From assembly GCA_963713045.1 (NCBI GenBank), contig CAVQKE010000005.1, forward strand, positions 96,001-160,000: a DNA stretch of 64,000 nucleotides, read 5' to 3'. Below the pieces are notes generated by a model that saw nothing but the letters and a program-made list of their open reading frames with translations, was not told the origin of the DNA and searched no databases. Below are positions 57,742 through 64,000 of the stretch, in pieces. Numbering within the stretch: position 1 is the stretch's first letter; each line of letters starts with the position of its first letter. The translations under genes and the position numbers were made by a program. This stretch comes from an uncultured delta proteobacterium (lineage in GTDB: Bacteria; Myxococcota; Myxococcia; Myxococcales; Myxococcaceae).

Positions 57742-59224
57742 TTAGCCCATTCCGACGCAGAGCAGCGCGAAACCTTCTCCGGTGAGTTCCACCGCGATGG
57801 CCGCGCCACCACGCGGGTGGTCCCAGGGCATCGCCAGGACCCGAGGCGCAATCTGCCCTTGCCAGCCCACCCAGTGCTCAAGCGGCACCGTCACAGCGGC
57901 ATCCGCGCGGACCTCGAGCGAACGCAGCGACCCAGGCAGGCACAACAGCACCTGGCCGACGCCCGCCAAATGGACCAGGTCCAAGTCTGGCGCGACTTCG
58001 GACGGGACGCGCCCATTCTCGAAATTCACCTGTTCCTCGAAGCCAAACACCATCGGCTCACGAAGGTAGGCCCCCTCTTCGCCCAGACTGACAGCCAGGA
58101 AACGCCGGCCGGCGCGGGCCACCCACGCGGCCCCGCTGCCAAGCACGCGCTGCATGCGGTCTGAGCCTTCGCCGAACGGCCTGTCCGTCACGCGTCCACG
58201 AAAGCGTTTGAATTCCGGTCGAAAGTCGAGCGAGCCGGTGAAGCCAATCATTCCGGCCGTGCGGACGATGAGTTCCCCCCGCACCGTAACCAGCACCGAG
58301 TCCTCGTTGACGGCAAAGGGAGACGCTTCCCCCTCGCCGACCATCCGAAGGCTCGCGGCCAGCTGGGAGAGTTCCGCACTGATTGGCGGCAGCGGCTCCG
58401 GGGCTAGCGGCGGCTCCACCTCGGACGACTCGGGGCGTCCAATGCCGGTCGCGGGGGGGCCGCGTCCAGCGGCTCATCGGCGACGGTGGTGGGGGTTTCT
58501 TGGGAAACTTGCTGTTCAAGCACCAGCGGGATGGGCGCCGGAGGGGGCGGGGCCACCGGGGAGACGCCCCGGACTTCATTGGCGCTCAGGCCTTGAACCA
58601 GCATGGCGTCGTACGGCCGAGGCGAAGGCGGCGCAGGAGAAGGGGGCGATTCGGGCGGGGCCGGAGCCGCGGCGGCCACCATGCCGACGAAGGTCTTCGA
58701 GGCAGTCAGCGGCAGCCCTGCCGGACCGGCATTGGGCTGCGGGCGAGGCGCACGGTCCGCCGTGAGGGCGCGCGCCATCTTCTCGGCCATCACGTCCGAG
58801 CCAGCCTGGAGGAAGGCCTCGCGAGCGCGTCCATACTCGCCGGCCTGTGCCAGAGCGAGGCCAAGGTAGTTGTGGGCTTTGGCGTGTTCCGGGGCGAGCT
58901 CCACCGCCCGCTCGAATTCGCGGATGGCGCGCGGCAGCTGTCCGGACTTCAAGTAAACCAGGCCGAGGTTGACCCGCAGGGTGGGGTCGGTCGCGTTGTC
59001 GCGGACGAGGCCTTCGTAAATCTCGGCGGCCCGGTCAAAGTGCCCAAGCTTGAAGTAGGCCAACCCCAAAAGGTTCTGGCCCTTCTCGTTGTCCGGCTGC
59101 AGCTGGTAGGCGGCCTCCAGCTGGGAGCGCGCATCCTCCAGCTGGCCAGCCTGGAGGAGTTCGCCGCCCCGGTAGAGCAGCGTCAGGAAAGCGTCGTCTC
59201 CCCCGTCCCCGGAATCACTGCCAT
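57742..59224 (-). CDS. TPR + AIM24-like protein (two apparent -1 homopolymer indels)
   Basis: TPRs (QNLLGLAYFKLG, VNLGLVYLK, HNYLGLAL), Pro-rich linker and AIM24-like C-terminus; +1 at the runs 59200-59204 and 58453-58459 gives one ORF. Confidence 0.7.
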
Positions 59225-59847
59225 GAGGAATGTCCGGCCGAGCTCGAGCTGGCCGAGGCCTGCTCCTGTTCTTTGTACTTGAAGTACAGAGCCACCACCT
59301 TGCGTACGTAGGCTTGCGTTTCTTCGTAAGGCGGCACGTTGTCGTCAAAGCGGTGTACCGCATCCGGGCCGGCGTTGTAGGCGGCAACGATTTTTTCCAT
59401 CTGCCCGCCAAATTCGTTGGCCAGAACGCGCAGGTACCGCACGCCTCCATCGATGTTTTCCTTCACGTCAAAAATGTCGTGCACGTACATATCCCGCGCT
59501 GTGCCCGGCATGAGTTGCATTAGTCCACTGGCGCCTTTGGCCGAGACGGCGTAGCGGTCGTAGTTGCTTTCGGCGTGCACCACAGCGCGGACCAGGGGCA
59601 GCGGGATTCTGTACTTGGCGGACGCTTTGGCCATCCACTCTTCAATCAGAGAGTCCGCGATGATGATGGGGGCCTCGTCCGGTTTCGCTGCGCTGCGCGA
59701 CTGACGGCCGAGCTTGCGCGCCTTGACGCCGGGAGGCGGAACGTTGGTGTACACGATGGTGCCGTCCTTCAGTGTGTACGTGTAGATGGCGCTCGCCGAG
59801 GCAGGGGCGGCCACGGACAGCAGGAGTAGAAGGGCCAAGGGACGCAC
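59215..59847 (-). CDS. Lytic transglycosylase (SLT domain)
   Basis: AVVHAESNY...AVSAKGASGLMQLMP...AAYNAGP...ETQAYV. Confidence 0.92.
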   Translation of the reverse strand: MRPLALLLLLSVAAPASASAIYTYTLKDGTIVYTNVPPPGVKARKLGRQSRSAAKPDEAPIIIADSLIEEWMAKASAKYRIPLPLVRAVVHAESNYDRYAVSAKGASGLMQLMPGTARDMYVHDIFDVKENIDGGVRYLRVLANEFGGQMEKIVAAYNAGPDAVHRFDDNVPPYEETQAYVRKVVALYFKYKEQEQASASSSSAGHSSWQ

Positions 59848-59940
59848 GGAAATCCGGAGTCTCGAACTTATCTCTCCCGCTCGGCCCCCTCAAGAAAGGC
59901 CCTTGTTTCCAGGACTTGTGAAGATTACGAGCTGGATTGC

Positions 59941-61530
59941 ATGCCTCAGCGCTTCGACTTTCTGGTGGTCGGCGGCGGAGTGGCGGGTCTCTCCTTTGCC
60001 CTGGAGGCCAGCCAACGCGGCTCGGTGTGCGTCCTCACCAAGCGGAGTCGGAGCGAGTGCAACACCGTGTACGCCCAAGGCGGCATCGCCTCCGTTCTCT
60101 CCCCGCGGGACTCCTTCGCCCAGCATGAGGAAGACACCTTCGCCGCCGGGAGCGGCCTGAACCACCGAGACGCGGTGGAAGTGACTGTGCGGGAGGGGCC
60201 GGAGCGGGTGAAGGAGTTGGTGGCCCTGGGGGCCGACTTTAACCGCCGGCCGGACGGGGAGTGGGACTTGACCCGGGAAGGGGGTCACTCCCGGCGCCGA
60301 ATTGTCCACAGCGGGGACATTACCGGGCGGGAAGTGGAGCGGGTGCTGCTGGCGGCCTGCGACGACCGGCCCAACATTCACTTCGTCTCGGACAGCGCGG
60401 CCATCGACTTGGTGCTTCAGCGCCGCGTCGTCCACGGGGCGGCGGCACGCGCTCTGGGGGTGTACGTCCTTCTGCCCACCGGCGAAATTGAGACGTTTCT
60501 CGGCCGGGTGGTGGTGCTGGCCACTGGGGGTGCCGGCAAGGTGTATCTGTACACCACCAACCCGGACGTGGCGACGGGGGACGGGGTGGCGATGGCGTAC
60601 CGAGCCGGGGCGCACATCGCCAACATGGAATTTTACCAGTTCCACCCCACCTGCCTCTTCAGCCCGGAGGCGAAGAATTTCCTCATCAGCGAGGCGCTGC
60701 GGGGCGAGGGCGGCAAGCTGCGCCTTCGCAATGGGGCCTCCTTCATGGAGCGCTACAGCCCCCTGAAGGAGCTTGCGCCGAGAGACGTGGTGGCCAAGGC
60801 CATCGACGGCGAGCTCAAGCGCACCGGTGACGACTACGTCCTGTTGGACATGACGCACCTCGGGCGCGCGTTTCTGATTGAACGGTTCCCCAACATTTAC
60901 GAAGTCTGCCGGCAATTCGGCGTGGACATGGCCGTCCAGCCGATTCCCGTCGTTCCGGCGGCGCACTACCAGTGTGGCGGCGCGGTGACGGACCTCCACG
61001 GCCGCACCACCATTCCCGGGCTGTATGCGGTGGGTGAGGTGGCCCACACCGGGCTCCACGGCGCCAACCGCCTGGCCTCCAACTCGCTGCTGGAGGGCCT
61101 GGTGTTCGGCCACCGTGCAGCCCGAGCGGCCGCCCAGGAGGTGAAGGGGCTCGGCTTCCCGGAGGAGGACGTTCCGCCGTGGAACCCGGGGGCCGCGGTG
61201 GACCCCAACGAAAGCGTCATCGTGACGCACAACTGGGAGGAAGTCCGTCGACTGATGTGGAACTACGTCGGCATTGTCCGCAGTGACAAGCGTCTGATGC
61301 GGGCGCGCCGACGGCTGGACCTTTTGCGCGAGGAGATTCGGGACTACTACTGGCGCTTCAAGGTCACGCGCGACATCATCGAATTGCGCAACATTGCCGA
61401 CGTGGCGCACCTGATTGTGGAGTGTGCCACCCGGCGTAAGGAAAGCCGGGGCCTGCACTACAACCTCGACTACCCCAACCGCGACGAACACAACTGGGCC
61501 AAGGACACCGTCGTCTTCCGCGAGCTCTAG
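59941..61530 (+). CDS. nadB: L-aspartate oxidase
   Basis: GGGVAG, AQGGIA, EGGHSRRR, QFHPT, PAAHY, GLHGANRLASNSLLE, ESRGLH. Confidence 0.96.
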   Translation: MPQRFDFLVVGGGVAGLSFALEASQRGSVCVLTKRSRSECNTVYAQGGIASVLSPRDSFAQHEEDTFAAGSGLNHRDAVEVTVREGPERVKELVALGADFNRRPDGEWDLTREGGHSRRRIVHSGDITGREVERVLLAACDDRPNIHFVSDSAAIDLVLQRRVVHGAAARALGVYVLLPTGEIETFLGRVVVLATGGAGKVYLYTTNPDVATGDGVAMAYRAGAHIANMEFYQFHPTCLFSPEAKNFLISEALRGEGGKLRLRNGASFMERYSPLKELAPRDVVAKAIDGELKRTGDDYVLLDMTHLGRAFLIERFPNIYEVCRQFGVDMAVQPIPVVPAAHYQCGGAVTDLHGRTTIPGLYAVGEVAHTGLHGANRLASNSLLEGLVFGHRAARAAAQEVKGLGFPEEDVPPWNPGAAVDPNESVIVTHNWEEVRRLMWNYVGIVRSDKRLMRARRRLDLLREEIRDYYWRFKVTRDIIELRNIADVAHLIVECATRRKESRGLHYNLDYPNRDEHNWAKDTVVFREL

Positions 61531-61551
61531 CCGCAAGGAGGCCACAAGCCA

Positions 61552-62249
61552 ATGGTTCTCCGTCGCGATGACGCCTTCGGCCAGCCCCCGGGGCCGCTGC
61601 CCGAGAAGCCGCCTGCCTCCCTCCGTCCACCCGGGCGCCGTCCGCTTCCCCCTTCTGCACCGGCGTCATCGCAGTGTGTGTGGCGGTGTTTGTGGCGGGC
61701 CTGCCCAGCATCGGACTTGTCGACGTCAGAAACTACGCGCTGTACGGGCCCGCGGTGCAGGCCGGGGAATGGTGGCGCGTCCTGACCTGCGTGGTGGTGC
61801 ACGGCGGCCCCCTTCACATCTTCCTCAACATGATGGTGGTGGTGAACTTGGGCTTCGCGGTGGAGCGGCTGCTTGGGACGCCGCGGATGGCGGCCGTTTC
61901 GCTGGTCTCCGCCCTGGGCAGCGCGACGCTGGTGCTGGCCTTCGCCTTCCGGCTGCCGACGGTGGGAGCGTCCGGGATGATTCTCGGCTGGGCCGGGGCG
62001 CTGCTTCCCGTCGTCAACCGGCAGGGCCGTCAAAACCTGGCGTGGCTCTTCATCCAGGTGGCCGTCATCAGTCTCCTCCCCGGGGTGAGTTGGCAGGGTC
62101 ACCTGGGAGGGGCCCTGGCAGGGCTGGCGTGCGGCGGTCTCCTCCGCCTGGGCCCGAGCCGCTTCAACCAGCTGTGGCCGGTGCTGGCAGCCGCGCTGGC
62201 ACTGGCCATTTTCTACCTCGGCCGCGCCGGTGGCCTCGCACTGTCATGA
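61552..62249 (+). CDS. Rhomboid intramembrane serine protease (-1 indel in C5 run at 61648-61652)
   Basis: WWR, H...LHIFLNM, GASG, SWQGHLGG. Confidence 0.88.
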
Positions 62250-62794
62250 GTCCGTTTAGCGTCTGCGTCTTCTGCGGTGCCAAGGCTGGGGCGCGCCCGA
62301 GGTATGCGGAGGCGGCCAGGCAGTTGGGCAGTCGCCTGGGGGCGCGTGGCCTCGGCCTGGTGTATGGCGGCGGCCAGGTGGGCCTGATGGGCGTCCTGGC
62401 CGACGCGGCGTTGGCGGCGGGCACTGCCGTCACGGGCATCCTCCCCGAGGGCCTCGCCAGTGCCGAGGTGGCCCACCGCGGCCTGAGTGAACTCATCCTC
62501 ACGGCGGGGCTGCACCAGCGCAAAGCGGCGATGGCAGCAAGGGCCCAAGCTTTCGTCGCACTGCCAGGCGGGTTTGGCACGCTGGATGAGTTGTTTGAGG
62601 CCCTCACCTGGCAGCAGCTGGGCTTGCACACCCGGCCGGTGGGCCTCCTGGAGGTGGACGGCTACTTCACCGCACTGCTCCAGTTTTTGGACAACGCCCT
62701 GGACGCGGGCTTTCTCAGCCCGCATGACCGGGCGCGCCTGGTCACCCACGCCGATGCGGACGCCCTGTTGGATGCCTTGGGCGCCCCGTCCTGA
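62246..62794 (+). CDS. LOG family nucleotide phosphoribohydrolase
   Basis: VCVFCGA, LVYGGG.VGLMG, RK..M, PGGFGTLDE. Confidence 0.92.
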   Translation: MSPFSVCVFCGAKAGARPRYAEAARQLGSRLGARGLGLVYGGGQVGLMGVLADAALAAGTAVTGILPEGLASAEVAHRGLSELILTAGLHQRKAAMAARAQAFVALPGGFGTLDELFEALTWQQLGLHTRPVGLLEVDGYFTALLQFLDNALDAGFLSPHDRARLVTHADADALLDALGAPS

Positions 62795-62851
62795 GGGCTA
62801 GCCCCGCGCTGCACCCGCGACGGGGGCTCCGGACGGCGGTGCTGAAGACGC

Positions 62852-63493
62852 TTAGCGCGTCGGCAGTGGGAACTCGGCCCGCCCAAGGGAGGACGCCAGC
62901 AGCACGGTGAAGTTCGCCACCTCCGGCGGCGCCACCGGGCGGGCGTCCACTGACTTCGGGAAGCGCACCTGGAAGACATTCCAGAAATCCCCCATGTAGG
63001 GGTAGTAGGCACGGGTGTTGAGGTTGGCGTGCCCCAGGCGCTTGACGAGGACGGGGGGGACTTCCCCCGCGGGCGTCACCAGCGCCAGCCGCCAAATGCT
63101 GCCCGGCTGCCCAATGTCGTCAAATTTGGGGTTTTGCATGTAGACGCCCAAGGTAAATTCGTAGAAGTCCCCCGAGAATTCTGCCTGTGCGGACTGCAAG
63201 TCGCTCGCAAGCTGGTCGGCGGGTTTGGCCTGAAAGGCGTCGCGCCGGCGGATGCGGGCGTCGACAAACACCGGACTCTCGAAAGTCACGCCTCCGAAGA
63301 GAATGGTGTCAAAGCCAATGAAGACTTGCCGCTGGGCGCTGAAGTGCTGCAGCACGGACTGGTAGTAGGCGTTGGCGTTGCCGTCTGGAAGGTCCGGCCC
63401 CGGCGAGCCCACTTGCGGCGGCGGCAGGGTGCTGCAGGCCAGGGCGAGTCCGAGGAGAACCGCGGCCGGTCGCCGGCTCAGCGCCCCCCTCAC
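62852..63493 (-). CDS. Hypothetical lipoprotein
   Basis: Lipobox LALAC; GTGA overlap with pyrE. Confidence 0.7.
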   Translation of the reverse strand: MRGALSRRPAAVLLGLALACSTLPPPQVGSPGPDLPDGNANAYYQSVLQHFSAQRQVFIGFDTILFGGVTFESPVFVDARIRRRDAFQAKPADQLASDLQSAQAEFSGDFYEFTLGVYMQNPKFDDIGQPGSIWRLALVTPAGEVPPVLVKRLGHANLNTRAYYPYMGDFWNVFQVRFPKSVDARPVAPPEVANFTVLLASSLGRAEFPLPTR

Positions 63494-64000
63494 GGCAAGA
63501 AGTCCTTCCGGGTGAAGAGACAGGACAGCCCATAGCCCTTCTCGGTAATGGCGGCCCGTCCTCCCTCCATCCGGTCCACCAGAGCAAAGGCACAGCGGAC
63601 GACGAGGCCCTCGGCCTCGGCACGCTCAACCGCCCTGAGGGTGGAGGCGCCAGTGGTGACGACATCTTCGACGATGGCCACTTCCGCGCCGTCGGCGATG
63701 AGGGTGCGCCCTTCCATCCATTGGCCGGTCCCGTGGCCCTTTGGTTCCTTGCGGACAATGAAGGCCGGAAGCGGCGTCCCGGCGAGGTAACTCATCAGGC
63801 TGACGGCGGAGGCGAGCGGGTCCGCGCCGAGGGTGAGGCCCCCCACCGCCGCGGCCGCTGGGGCGAGGCGCTGGATGTCGCGCAACAGAAGCCTTCCAAT
63901 GAGGAAATGCCCCTCGGCGGTGAGGGCGGTGCGCTTGCAGTCGATGTAGAAGTCGCTCTCCAGCCCGGAGGACAACGTCACCCGCCGCTTTTCAAAGGAC
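63490..64000 (-). CDS. pyrE: Orotate phosphoribosyltransferase (5' truncated by window)
   Basis: TLSSG.ESDFYIDCK, VGGLTLGADP, RKEPKGHG, VEDVVTTGAS. Confidence 0.95.
   Translation of the reverse strand, partial: SFEKRRVTLSSGLESDFYIDCKRTALTAEGHFLIGRLLLRDIQRLAPAAAAVGGLTLGADPLASAVSLMSYLAGTPLPAFIVRKEPKGHGTGQWMEGRTLIADGAEVAIVEDVVTTGASTLRAVERAEAEGLVVRCAFALVDRMEGGRAAITEKGYGLSCLFTRKDFLP

Noticed and set aside
59890..61545. 551-aa minus-strand ORF
   Set aside because: Antisense shadow of nadB
61415..62245. Long N-terminal extension on the LOG ORF
   Set aside because: Off-frame overlap of nadB and rhomboid; LOG starts at ATG 62246

Overview
High-GC bacterial DNA, most likely Myxococcota. Evidence for this is the TPR-AIM24/SLT/nadB/rhomboid/LOG/pyrE core block, sigma54-type promoters and Cys-rich/PDGG motifs. 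The right ~7 kb is core genome (pyrE, LOG, rhomboid, nadB, SLT, TPR-AIM24, pgsA), ending in tRNA-Gly(GCC). The 3' end of that tRNA recurs as direct repeats at 43291 and 18282. These repeats delimit two tandem integrated islands (~13.6 kb and ~25 kb) that retain only integrase and excisionase remnants. The islands carry a phage-satellite-like replication module (sigma-like HTH, small conserved protein, primase-helicase, iteron/AT-palindrome origin), an Abi-like gene, four toxin-antitoxin pairs, a PD-(D/E)xK-like orphan, an IS3, an IS110 remnant, a GluR0-like ligand-gated channel, envelope/acid-stress genes and an arylsulfatase. The left part encodes PFOR, a DHOD-like flavoprotein, a Crp/Fnr regulator and an unusual collagen-tethered decaheme MtrC/OmcA-like lipoprotein. 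After it come a partly decayed redox cluster, many internally deleted gene remnants and an RND permease. Several frameshifts are single-base losses in G/C runs, even in core genes, and are probably sequencing errors. All family assignments are by eye from motifs; no database search was run.
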